Notes: generated by a model not told the origin, from the sequence alone. A DNA stretch of 64,000 nucleotides from Macrostomum hystrix (GCA_950097015.1 CATNEN010000002.1:7440001-7504000), one strand, 5' to 3'. Positions 50,560 through 63,378 are shown, counted from the first letter of the stretch. Program-made: numbers and translations.

Positions 50560-50870
50560 ACATGAACTGAACCTGTTAGATATTAGTTAAACCTGTTAGA
50601 TATGAATTGAGCCTGTTATATATGAGCTAAACATGTTAGGAATGAACTGAACCTGTTGGAAATGAATTGAACCTGTTAGATATGAATTGAGCCTGTTAGA
50701 TACGAATCGAGCCTGTTAGATATGAATCGAGCCTGTTAGATATGAATCGAGCCTGTTAGATATGAATCGAGCCTGTTAGATATGAATCGAGCCTGTTAGA
50801 TATGAATCGAGCCTGTTAGATATGAATCGAGCCTGTTAGATATGAATCGAACCTGTTAGATATGAATCTA
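50560..50870. repeat. Minisatellite, 20-bp unit TATGAATCGAGCCTGTTAGA
   Basis: About 15 copies, homogeneous at the 3' end. Confidence 0.94.
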
Positions 50871-51946
50871 ATCTGTGATTAGATTCTGTGAGGCAACCAG
50901 TTAAACAAGCTTCAATAGCAGAAGTAAACCACGCGGTACTTCCAATCTGATTCTCGCTCCTCCAATATCGTCGATCTATCCAGTTTTGTGTTCTCAGTTG
51001 GCCCATATGTTTATCTCATTGCGTATCACCCAAATGATAAAAGACTCCACTGTGAAGCCATGAGCTTCTTTACTGCTTGCGCTGAAAAATTCGGAAAAAA
51101 ACAGCTCCTGAGCCTTTTTGATTGACAACCATAGACCAAATAAAATTATGGCTACCTTTTCCTATTCATCGGTTTATATGATTATTTGTTATTTGACTGC
51201 GTTCTGCCTACTATTAGTAGCTGTATGAGTATTCTCGATTTCTATCAAGAAAATTAGGTGATACCGCGAGTTGCATGCTTATTTTAAGCCAACGATAAAA
51301 AATTAGTTAAATTACGCGGCGCGAGTTATTCGTCATTTTTGTGTTCTCGATCTGTTTTTGCACTCCGAGTAGCTCCTACTTATCGCTAGTAACTATAAAT
51401 ACATTGCTCTATTGTATACTTCTTTTTGTTCATTAATTTAGGCAAAATGAAATTTTCTGCGCTTCTCTTTTGCACCCAGAATTTTGAAAGACGCTTCGTT
51501 TGCTGACTTGATTATTTACGTAATTGGTATTCCGTAAACGTAGGTAGAAAAGTCGTGAGCCTGTTAGATTAGCCTGAAGGACAGAGAGGGATAATAAGTG
51601 TAGTGTCTCACCATATCCCCGTATTATAAATACCTGCTGCCTATTTCACGATAGCTCCCAAACCGAATGACCGATTTTCGTGAAAGTCCACCATCTGAAC
51701 CAAATCTGAACCATCCGATGAACCATACTGTCCATACCCCGACGAGAATCGGTGAATATCTCAGCGTGCCGATGTTTTTGTGATTCTAAAAGTTGTTTCA
51801 TCAGATTAAGCTGAAAATTTTAGCCGTGTTTCTTGATTTTCATTCCGATTGGTTGAACACTTTTTGAGATACTAAAAATAGAAATATGGGTGTTTGATAT
51901 ACCCAAATTGGTATTTCTACTGTAAGGATGCGAGCGTAACTTTTAT

Positions 51947-53276
51947 CCAATCCTTATTCTCCTGGACCAGCTAATCTAGGACAGGAATGGGTCTCTTGTC
52001 CAATCGTTATTCTCATAGGCTAGCTAATTTAAGACAGGAATGGGTCTCTTGTCCAATCGTTATTCTCATAGGCTAGCTAATCTAAGACAGGATTGGGTCT
52101 CTTGTCCAATCGTTATTCTCATAGGCTAGCTAATCTAAGACAGGAATGGGTCTCTTGTCCAATCGTTATTCTCCTGGACCAGCTAATCTAAGACAGGAAT
52201 GGGTCTCTTGTCCAATCGTTATTCTCCTAGGCTAGCTAATCTAAGACAGGAATGGGTCTCTTGTCCAATCGTTATTCTCCTGGACCAGCTAATCTAAGAC
52301 AGGATTGGGTCTCTTGTCCAATCGTTATTCTCCTGGACTAGCTAATCTAAGACAGGAATGGGTCTCTTGTCCAATCGTTATTCTCCTGGACCAGCTAATC
52401 TAGGACAGGAATGGGTCTCTTGTCCAATCGTTATTCTCATAGGCTAGCTAATCTAAGACAGGAATGGGTCTCTTGTCCAATCGTTATTCTCCTGGACCAG
52501 CTAATCTAAGACAGGATTGGGTCTCTTGTCCAATCGTTATTCTCCTGGACCAGCTAATCTAGGACAGGAATGGGTCTCTTGTCCAATCGTTATTCTCCTG
52601 GACCAGCTAATCTAGGACAGGAATGGGTCTCTTGTCCAATCGTTATTCTCATAGGCTAGCTAATCTAAGACAGGATTGGGTCTCTTGTCCAATCGTTATT
52701 CTCCTGGACCAGCTAATCTAGGACAGGAATGGGTCTCTTGTCCAATCGTTATTCTCCTGGACCAGCTAATCTAGGACAGGAATGGGTCTCTTGTCCAATC
52801 GTTATTCTCATAGGCTAGCTAATCTAGGACAGGAATGGGTCTCTTGTCCAATCGTTATTCTCATAGGCTAGCTAATCTAAGACAGGATTGGGTCTCTTGT
52901 CCAATCGTTATTCTCATAGGCTAGCTAATCTAAGACAGGATTGGGTCTCTTGTCCAATCGTTATTCTCCTGGACCAGCTAATCTAAGACAGGAATGGGTC
53001 TCTTGTCCAATCGTTATTCTCATAGGCTAGCTAATCTAAGACAGGATTGGGTCTCTTGTCCAATCGTTATTCTCCTGGACCAGCTAATCTAGGACAGGAA
53101 TGGGTCTCTTGTCCAATCGTTATTCTCCTGGACCAGCTAATCTAAGACAGGATTGGGTCTCTTGTCCAATCGTTATTCTCCTAGGCTAGCTAATCTAGGA
53201 CAGGAATGGGTCTCTTGTCCAATCGTTATTCTCCTATGCTAGCTAATCTAAGACAGGAATGGGTCTCTTGTCCAAG
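51947..53276. repeat. Tandem repeat, 53-bp unit CCAATCGTTATTCTCCTGGACCAGCTAATCTAGGACAGGAATGGGTCTCTTGT
   Basis: About 25 copies with interleaved variants. Confidence 0.97.
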
Positions 53277-53619
53277 AGAGTTCCTTTAGCCTTTGGAGAT
53301 TGTTGGTCTACTTCTACTCTTATCCAAAAGTAGTCCCAACTCTGACACTCCTGAACACTAATTTGGGAGTGAGTCTCTTATCCCAAACTGTTTCAGCTTG
53401 TCCAAACTCAACACTTAGACTTTGCAGCTGGTGTCAAGTATTGGGCTGTTGCGCTATCGGGTATCTCGCTTTATAGCCAATTTGGACCCTTCCCCTGCTC
53501 TGCCATCGATTGATGCTCTTCGAGCTCTCTAATTGGCTGGAATGGAGTCGCATACGGAAATTCCGTGGGCGTGCCAAAAGAGCGGCGGAAAAACCGTGAA
53601 AATACCGGCCAGCGGTCCT

Positions 53620-54800
53620 CCTGAAGGACAGGAGGACAAGTCACTCGCTGATGGACAGGGGGACAAGTCACACCCTGATGGACAGGGGACAAGTGACTCC
53701 CTGATGAACAGGAGGACAAGTCACTCCCTGATGGACAGGGGACAAGTGACTCCCTGATGAACAGGAGGACAAGTCACTCCCTGATGGACAGGGGGACAAG
53801 TCACTCCCTGATGGACAGGGGGACAAGTCACTCCCTGATGGACAGGAGGACAAGTCACTCCCTGAAGGATGGAGGACAAGTCACTCACTGAAGGATGGAG
53901 GACAAGTCACTCCCTGAAGGATGGAGGACAAGTCACTCCCTGATGGACAGGGGGACAAGTCACTCCCTGATGGACAGGGGGACAAGTCACACCCTGAAGG
54001 ACAGGAGGACAAGTCACTCCCTGATGGACAGGGGGACAAGTCACTCCCTGATGGACAGGAGGACAAGTCACTCCCTGATGGACAGGGGGACAAGTCACTC
54101 CCTGATGGACAGGGGGACAAGTCACTCCCTGATGGACAGGAGGACAAGTCACTCCCTGAAGGATGGAGGACAAGTCACTCACTGAAGGATGGAGGACAAG
54201 TCACTCCCTGAAGGATGGAGGACAAGTCACTCCCTGAAGGATGGAGGACAAGTCACTCCCTGATGGACAGGGGGACAAGTCACTCCCTGAAGGATGGAGG
54301 ACAAGTCACTCCCTGAAGGATGGAGGACAAGTCACTCCCTGAAGGATAGGAGGACAAGTCACTCCCTGAAAGATGGAGGACAAGTCACTCTCTGAAGGAT
54401 GGAGGACAAGTCACTCCCTGAAGGATGGAGGACAAGTCACTACCTGAAGGATGGAGGACAAGTCACTCCCTGAAGGATAGGAGGACAAGTCACTCCCTGA
54501 AAGATGGAGGACAAGTCACTCTCTGAAGGATGGAGGACAAGTCACTCCCTGAAGGACAGGGGGACAAGTCACTCCCTGATGGACAGGGGGACAAGTCACT
54601 CCCTGATGGACAGGGGGACAAGTCACTCCCTGAAGGATAGGAGGACAAGTCGCTCCCTGAAGGATGGAGGACAAGTCACTCCCTGAAGGATAGGAGGACA
54701 AGTCGCTCCCTGAAGGATGGAGGACAAGTCTCTCCCTGAAGGATGGAGGACAAGTCACTCCCTGAAGGATGGAGGACAAGTCACTTCCTGAAGGATAGGA
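53620..54800. repeat. Minisatellite, 26/27-bp units GACAAGTCACTCCCTGAAGGATGGAG / GACAAGTCACTCCCTGATGGACAGGGG
   Basis: About 44 units. Confidence 0.96.
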
Positions 54801-55875
54801 GACTCCTATTTAAATTTATAGGAGCAAGCAAATATGGTTTTAATGGACGTTTAAAATCCTTATATTGTCAATACAGATTGATGGGAATGGGAACAGTCGG
54901 TAGTACCGTGGAGGCTAAATTTTCATAAACTGTACGTCCCAATTCCGTCCCATTCCCAGCCACAAAAAAGTAATCTTTCTCTCTTGCCTCGTCTTTAAAT
55001 GTGCGCAGCAGGAATGTACAATAATCGATGTACACTTATTCTCTCACGCCGGGGTGCGCGCGGACTGGCTGCCCGTGCGTGGGCTGGGGTGGGTGTTCGG
55101 TGGGGTTGTCCGTGTGAGGCGCGTGTGCGGGCGGTGGGGTTTGCAAGGCAAGGACTGACTGACCTGCTTTTGCAGCCAGACAAACAAACCGAGACAGAGA
55201 AGAGAGAGAGCCAAGGCAACTGCCGAACGGCTTCATGTTCAAGGCAGCACTCGCTACGGTGAGGCAAAGAACTAATAACAAAAAGGAAAGATAGAAGAAA
55301 AACGAATTCAAGCACTCATTCTTAATTCAAAGCAAAGTTAAACAGACGAGCGAGCCATTGCGGAGTTGGCTGTCAGGTTGTTTATTTTGACTGCCTCAAT
55401 TCTAAGAATAATTAAAAGTTCGTCTCATTCTTTCGACTAGTTCACAAAGGTTCTCACAAGCAAGACCACCAGGTAATTCTTTCCTAAAACCAGGAAGCGA
55501 GGATTATTTTCAGATTTATTTGCTGTTAAATTATTAATTGATTAATTGTCTATGAACATTTAGTTAGTAGCTAATGACTAAAGAAGTAATATTATAATTC
55601 GTACCAGAATTCAGGAGCATGTCACAGCCGCTTGTAATAAATTATTTCTAGGAAGCGAGAACAGCCTGGAGCAGAGTGGGACTGACCGGAAAGCAGTTTT
55701 AGAAGCACCACTGTTTGGGCGGCGATGACGCTACACTGCGTAGACATTCAAGCCGAAACAGTATCAGCAGCAGCAGCAGCAACAGAATCGGTGGCGGAGG
55801 CGGCTGCAGAAGCGTCAGCGGACGGCAGCTGCTGAGGAAGCTTCTGTTTTAGTTTATTTTTCTTTATTCCACCAA

Positions 55876-55900
55876 ATGAGTCATAGCATAGGAGTCAGCG

Positions 55901-55935
<35 letters not shown>

Positions 55936-57752
55936 ATTAACGAGAGCGGAGGCGGAGGCAGAGGCGGCGGCAACGGCATATTTCTTCGACCGGATGATGA
56001 CGGCAGCAACCTGGTTTGGGCGGCCCTTGCCGGCGCTGATGATGTGGTCGCCGAGGCGACGGCGGCGGCGGAAGCTGCGCCCGTGGACGCCTCCAACGCC
56101 CTGGTGGACGACTTGGAAGAGGTGGTCGGCAGCAGCACGCTGACCCGGGTGGACAGTCTGACCCTGGCTATGCGCGTCATTCAGGCTGGAAGCTTCCAGC
56201 GAGACCAGGTCAGGACTTGCATGCTGAATGGACTGTGTAGAAAAATTCATGTGTAGTAATATGGTATAGAGATTCGTGACCAAGGTGGACAGCCAGGAAT
56301 GGAAGGTGGATAAATGAGAATGGGAGGTAGACGGAATAAATGAAATGAATACAGATAAGAATGCAAGGCAAAGAGATAATAATAGGAGTAGAGAGATGAG
56401 AATGGAAAGTAGAGAAATGAGAATCGAAGGTAAAGACATGAGAATGGTAGGTTGAGAAATGAAAACGGAAGGTAGAGAGATGAAAATCAAAGGTATAGAG
56501 AGAGTATAATAAAAGGTAGACAGCTAACAATCGAAGGTAGAGAGATGAGAATGGCAGGTACAGAAATGAGAAAGTTACGGTAGGTAGAAAGATGAGACCC
56601 AGGATAGGGATGAGAATGGTAGGTAGAGAGATGAGAATGGAAGGCATGAGAAAAGATGATGACCTCTAACTCATCCCGCACTCCGATAGCAGCAAAACTC
56701 GACCAACAGCAGCAGCAGCGGCAGCCAGGTGGGAGAGGAGGACTCCATCGACCCGGCCGTCGGCTCGGGCAAGCCCAACTGCAGGCGGGCCTCCAGCATG
56801 AAGGTCCCGCGAAGCCGGCCGCTGTCAGACGGTTTGAATCCTCTGGAAGTAGACGCCAAGAAGGTCGTCCGCTTCGCCGACGCGATGGGCCTCGACCTGA
56901 CGGCGGTTCGGCACGTCTTCGATCTGGAGTCGCCGCCGGTGATCCCGCCAGAGGCAACCAGAGACCTGGTGCTGCCGCCATCCGATGACGAGGAGGCTAT
57001 TGAGGGAGATGGCGTTCCGAGGGCCGCCTGGGACTTGAGCCTCGGCAGCAGAGAACAGCAGCAGCAGCAGCAGCAGCAGCAGCTCTACCTGTCTCCGTCC
57101 TTCGCCCAGCCTGGCTCGGCGCCAAATTTTAATTCGCGAATCAGCGCCCAGAAGGTGGTGCTGGAGAGGGCACACTTCGAGTACCAGACGGTCGCCTCTT
57201 CGCCTTTCGCTACCGATGCGCGAGCCAGCACCACCTCATCTATTGCTGGCGGTCAGGTGGGTGGCTGAGTCGAGTCTGTTTAAGCAGAAGCAGCCATTAT
57301 TTAAGATTAAAAGAACCTCACTAACACGGGATCAAAATCTCTAAAGGAATTGGAATTAAAATCCGTGAGGATTTGGGATCGAAATCAGTAAACTTTGGAC
57401 CTGCATGACCCGATCCGCGCAGGTTCGCGGCTTTGTCCGGGTGGCCAATCTGGGCTTCGAGAAGTCCGTCCGAGTCCGGGCTAGCCTGGACAGCTGGCGC
57501 AGCTCCTTCGAGGTGGTCGGCGATTTTGTATCTGCCGGCTCCGGCGGCAACGGCAGCGACCAGTTCTCCTTCGCAATGAGCCTGCCGGACAGTCTGAAAG
57601 CCGGCGATCGAGTTGCATTCTGCGTAGCCTACACTGTCAACGGCGAGACCTACTGGGACAACAATTTCGGCGATAACTACGCCTTCCACTGCGTGCCAGT
57701 TGGTTCCGGGCCAACGCACGGTTTGAACCAGGCCTGGTCCAGATACGTGTGA
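55876..57752 (+). CDS. PPP1R3: Protein phosphatase 1 glycogen-targeting regulatory subunit (PPP1R3 family, CBM21), about 409 aa
   Basis: Exons 55876-56208, 56690-57256 (RVxF-type KKVVRFADAMGLDL; QPGSAPNFNSRISAQKVVLE), 57423-57752 (CBM21: GFVRVANLGFEKSVRVR...W...F...YWDNNFGDNY). All phase 0, GT-AG. The first exon is low-complexity and less certain. Confidence 0.88.
56280..56655. repeat. Degenerate purine-rich repeat, about 21 bp (AGGTAGAGAGATGAGAATGGA), in PPP1R3 intron 1
   Basis: Recognisable periodicity, heavily diverged. Confidence 0.75.
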
Positions 57753-59863
57753 ATGAAAAATCGTTAGGCAGGCCCCGATTTCCGGGAATCGCACGTTTTA
57801 ATCATGAAGAATTTTAAATAGCGCGAAAATTTGTAAATATTTTTTGTTACAAAATAGTTTCTCTGAACTCCAAAGTGGAATTAAGAAATAAAATTAAGAA
57901 GAAAGAAAGAAGTTGTTTCTTAACCGTATAGTGAAAGAACTGAAATAACGAACAAATACGGAAGCCTAACGTTTGTTTAAACGCGAGTAAAACGTGCGAA
58001 ACCCGGAAAAGCGCCAATATTAGACCACGTCGTCTTAATTTTGCACTGCTAATATTTTCAGATCGGATTAACCAGAATTGACTCATCCAGTTGGCTCAGT
58101 TATCTTTCATCATTTTATTTGGTTCGCCAACAGTTCAGTTAAAAAAGTTTTTGTTTTCTCAGACGGCATTCGTTTATTGAGCGGTTCGTCAGTTTTGATG
58201 ACTCCAGTGGCTCGGGGTAATACTGATGATGAAATACATATTGAATCATTTTAAATTTACGTTTTGCATGACGGAAAGATAAATTTTGAAAGAGTATTTT
58301 CGTTTGCCGAAAATGATGAGTTTTTATGTGTGTAATTTCACCTAGAATTATTTTAACGAGCTAAATTTACGTTTTCTTTCCGTACACTCGCCCTAATGGG
58401 ACACTCGTACACAGCTTTCGCTTTGGACCACTTAAGTCATGGGAACATAACATAGCAGGATCTTCACAATGTGCGAAAGTTTTATTGCACGTATTTGACT
58501 CTTCAGAACACCACCTTTATACATTTTACATGTTTCAGATAAATTTATTTTTACATTTTTTCAAAAGTAACTTTTTCATAAACTCTTTTCGTGTAGTCAG
58601 CAAATCTTGACCGCTAGCTTTATTGCTGTTGTTTGCAACCATGAAGGCTTATAATTAGTTATCTGTTAATAACTAGTTGACGCTTTGATTTTCTGGCTCA
58701 GGAAAGAATGCGTACACACGATACCCCAGCTTCGTGTAATTAGACTGCTAAAAATTGATTGGCTGAGGCGAGCGATCACGCGATTGGGCTGAGAGGACGG
58801 GGTTCCCAGTTGGTTTTCTAAAAATAGCAACAATTCCACACCTAGGGCCCCAGCTAAAAATAGTGACAGTTCAGCCCTCGACCAATCATATTTAAGGAGC
58901 AATTTTTGAATATTTTTGTTGTGTTCCTGCGTTTTAATCGTGTCACTATAGCTAGCAAACGAAACACTTCGCTCAATCGATAATTTGGCCTTGCTATTTT
59001 CATCGTGATGAGAGTTATTTAGTAAAATAAATTTTCGTTTTCTATAACAAATTAGCTTCATCTGTAGTTTGTTGTATGTTAGTTACATTACTAGCTTTTC
59101 GAGTAATAAGGAAAACTCTAAAGTAGTTAATTGTGTAATTTTTAGGTCATGCTTAGATGATCCTAGAATCTAAGCTGCAGTTCACAGGCAGTAATATTCA
59201 TGTACACATGGATCAGCAGCAGATTTTTATCATCGCATTGCACTTTACTTAAAACTAACGTGTACAATTGAAAAAAAACTGATGCAGAAATATACTGTAG
59301 ATTCAATGATGCCATTTGAGTATACCCTTCCTAAGAAAGAAAAACTTGTGACACTGTGACAACAATTACGTATCTTCTGAGTTCGCACATATTTTGAATA
59401 GTATCAGAAATACACAATAATACAGACTGCAATTTATATTACGCAACTGAAAAATAAATTATAACGATAAAACAGACAAGCAAATCACCAATTTCCAACT
59501 TTTTCCCCTACAAGAAGAGTTTTACAGCGCTTAGCTCTCTTTGATTCTGCCTTTATTTTTTCGCTTTGTACAGGACTGAGAGATAGCCGGTTAATTTAGC
59601 ATAAAAATACACTTAATGCAACAATGCTGTTTCATTGCCAATTGAGTATCAAATTAAAAGATTGAAAATAATTTCTACGCAGGTAAAATGGAAAGCCTAC
59701 AAATGAAATTACAGATGTCTAGAATTTTTACAGATGAGAGACTGATCAATGTACAATTTGTGCCGACAAAGACTACCAAAAAGAGTGACAGATAAAACAA
59801 ATTATGGGTTCAGACCCAGCAGAGAAAAAATATTACTAAATCTAAGCTGTGCTCAAACTGTGC

Positions 59864-62800
59864 TCAGAGAATTCTTCGTCTCTTAGCTGGCGGCTCGGTC
59901 GAGTTGGAATCTACCACTGGCGGGGCCTTCCTGTCCAACTGACTCGCTGATCTGGGATGGGAATAAATGGCAAACTTGTTTCAGCACGGAACTCAATCAA
60001 ATAATGCCAATCCCATCTGGAAACTCTCACTCCGATCCAGAGTCCCAATCACCCGACCTGATCCCGAATCTTAATCTCTCACCTTTATCCCGAATCTTAA
60101 TCTCTCACCTTGATCCCGAATCTTAATCTCTAACCTTGATCACGAATCTTAATCTCTCACATTGATCCCGAATCTTAATCTCTCACCTTGATCCCGAATC
60201 TTAATCTCTCACCTTTATCCCGAATCTTAATCTCTCACCTTGATCCCGAATCTTAATCTCTCACCTTGATCCCGAATCTTAATCTCTCACCTTGATCCCC
60301 AATCTTAATCTCTCACCTTGATCCCGAATCCTTATCTCTCACCTTGATCCCCAATATTAATCTCTCACCTTGATCCCGAATCTTAATCTCTCACCTTGAT
60401 CCCGAATCTTAATCTCTCACCTTGATCCCGAATCTTAATCTCTCACCTTGATCCCGAATCTTAATCTCTCACCTTGATCCCGAATCTTAATCTCTCACCT
60501 TGATCCCGAATCTTAATCTCTCACCTTGATCCCGAATCTTAATCTCTCACCTTGATCCCAAATCTTAATCTCTCACCTTGATCCCGAATCCTTATCTCTC
60601 ACCTTGATCCCCAATATTAATCTCTCACCTTGATCCCGAATCTTAATCTCTCACCTTGATCCCGAATCTTAATCTCTCACCTTGAACCCCAATCTTAATC
60701 TCTCACCTTGATCCCCAATCTTAATCTCTCACCTTGAACCCCAATCTTAATCTCTCACCTTGATCCCGAATCTCAATCTCTCACCTTGATCCCCAATCTT
60801 AATCTCTCACCTTGATCCCGAATCTTAATCTCTCACCTTGATCCCAATCTTAATCTCTCACCTTGATCCCGAATCTTAATCTCTCACCTTGATCCCCAAT
60901 CTTAATCTCTCACCTTGATCCCGAATCTTAATCTCTCACCTTGATCCCCAATCTTAATCTCTCACCTTGATCCCGAATCTTAATCTCTCACCTTGATCTC
61001 GAATCCCAATCTCTTATTCTGATCCCGAATCCCAATCTCTTATTCTGATCCCGAATCCCAATCTCTTATTCTGATCTCGAATCCCAATCTCTTATTCTGA
61101 TCTCGAATCCTAATCTCTTTAGCCGACCCCAAATCCCGATCTCTTAAACTGATCCCAAATGGAGATTTCACAATATAATCCCAAATTCCAATCTCTAAAC
61201 TCATCTTAGATCCTTTCAAGCTGATATGGATCCCATAATTTTAATATTGAAAAAATCCACAAATTTCACCGTCACTTTAATCCCTAATCCGAATTAATCT
61301 TCCCGATTTTAAGTCCCAACTGTTGGAATAGACTGAGCTGCAATCATAACACAGGCTAGTTAACTGAATGGTGTACACATCGCACTAGGGTGTGTCCGAG
61401 CGACTCACCGAAGTGACAGCGGGGTCCTACAGCCGCCGCAGGACGACTCATTGCGGCTCAGATAGGCGCTAAGGAAATGCGGCACTTGGATGACTATCGG
61501 CAGCTTAACTAATCTTCCCTCGAACATGGCAGTAGGCTGCTCAACTGGTGCTGCCAGACTCAGGCTGGGGTTAGGCTGCTCAACTGGTGCTGCCAGACTC
61601 AGGCTGGGGTTAGGCTGCTCAACTGGTGCTGCCAGACTCAGGCTGGGGTTAGGCTGCTCAACTGGTGCTGCCAGACTCAGGCTGGGGTTAGGCTGCTCAA
61701 CTGGTGCTGCCAGACTCAGGCTGGGGTTAGGCTGCTCAACTGGTGCTGCCAGACTCAGGCTGGGGTTAGGCTGCTCAACTGGTGCTTGCAGATTCTGGCT
61801 GGGGTCGCTTTGGAAAATAAAGCATGTCAGCTGTTTAAATACTTGAGACACTTCTTCGAATAATATAAGAATAATAATATTGTTTCGGTTGGAAGAACTT
61901 ATCATTCAGTGTCTCTATCCTCCAATACTTCAGAGTCCCGATTACCCAATCGTTCGATGTAATCCTGATCCTAAATCCATGAGGTCCCGGACCCGATCCC
62001 CAATCCTGCAATGTCCCGATCCCATTTCTGCAATTTCCCGATCCCCAATCCTACAATGTTCCGATCCCCAGTCATACAATATCCCGATCCCCAGTCATAC
62101 AATATCCCGATCCCCAGTCATACAATATCCCGATTCCCAGTCATACAATGTCCCGATCCCCAGTCATACAATGTCCCGATCCCCAGTCATACAATGTCCC
62201 GATCCCCAGTCATACAATGTTCCGATCCCCAGTCATACAATGTCCCGATCCCCAGTCATACAATATCCCGATCCCCAGTCATACAATGTTCCGATCCCCA
62301 ATCATCCAGGATCCTAATCAGCCTAGGTTTAAAACGCCATCCAAATCGTCAGGAATTCTGAAAATTCAAATACCAATCAGAGCTCCGCTGTGCCGTCTTG
62401 GGTTTCTGAGTATGATGAGGCTGCTGAGCAAGCTTCTGCTGCAAAGACAGCAGCTGCAGTATCCGCGGAGACGGTCGAACAACAATTGGCAGCTCAACAT
62501 ATCCGAATGGACCTGACTTTGCTGTTTTGTTCAGTTTTTCTGAGGCCGGATGCGGCGGCGGTGGCGGCGTTTGCGGAGCGGTAGGCGTGGAACGGCAATC
62601 GATCATGGATTCCGTCAGAGCTGCCACAGCTTCGGGACCTGCCATTAGGGGACAAGTGGGCATTTATGGACCAATGGGATTATAGACATCGCAAGCGGGA
62701 AAAACTGGAGAAAATTTCAATCGCCGAAGCCACCATCCACCCACCTTCCTCCTCGCTGTTGCTGCTTTCATCGTCCGTGTCAGCGGCAGATCCGCCAGCT

Positions 62801-63149
62801 CTGGCCACCCGTTCGATGACCGCAGCCAGGCCGGCTGCAATCTCCATGCCCTTCGTACCCAACTTCACTGGCCTCTTCTTTGTCTTCTTTTTGATTTCTT
62901 CTTTTGGCAACAGCTTTTTCTCCATCTGCAGCATCTGCCTGTACATTAGCGCCTCGGTCTTGGTTGGAAATGGGCCCTTGGTATTGCTAGTGTCACAGTT
63001 TATATAAGCTGGCTGTGCATATGGATTGTCTAGACGAAGGTCCACCAAAACATTCAGATCCTGCTCAGAGGCTGAGTGGATGATTTTCTCTATGCGCTTC
63101 AGCATGTCTAAAAAATGTGGCATCTTTGCTTCTAGTCTGTAATGACGAG
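59864..63149 (-). CDS. Unidentified protein, last four exons (5' part beyond the window end); Lys-rich and acidic segments, 13-aa repeat, C-terminal PPAKRRR motif
   Basis: Exons 62745-63149, 62374-62638, 61409-61807, 59864-59951 each have GT-AG boundaries and chain with matching phases (1,1,2,2) to a TGA at 59864-59866. I do not recognise the family. Confidence 0.7.
60050..61150. repeat. Minisatellite, 26-bp unit GATCCCGAATCTTAATCTCTCACCTT
   Basis: About 40 copies inside intron 59952-61408. Confidence 0.96.
61540..61795 (-). repeat. Coding tandem repeat, 39 bp (APVEQPNPSLSLA)
   Basis: About 6.5 identical copies inside exon 61409-61807. Confidence 0.9.
61985..62310. repeat. Minisatellite, 23-bp unit CCCGATCCCCAGTCATACAATGT
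   Basis: About 13 copies inside intron 61808-62373. Confidence 0.94.
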
Positions 63150-63378
63150 CTGCAAACAGGAATTATTAGTTTTAGATTTCTTGGCAAATTTATGTCATGC
63201 AACTATTAAGTTGGCTAAATATACTTGTTCTATGATTAGATAGGCATTTATGGACTGAACAGCCACCTGTATTGTGTATTAATTTTGTAATGCTATACAT
63301 ATATAATAAGTGTGTAATATGCCTATTTAAGAACTAATAATCTTAAAAGGTAATTGAAGGTAAACACCAACATGTAGT

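Noticed and set aside
51947-53276. CRISPR-like appearance of regularly spaced repeats (also 13100-14395)
   Set aside because: No unique spacers; whole units repeat with a few shared variants; no cas genes; eukaryotic context.
47343-55875. Argonaute-PPP1R3 operon
   Set aside because: Same strand but 8.5 kb apart, with a separate CpG/G-rich promoter-like region before PPP1R3.
58666-59061. 131-aa minus-strand ORF
   Set aside because: AT-rich, no recognisable motif or splice context, lies between convergent 3' ends.
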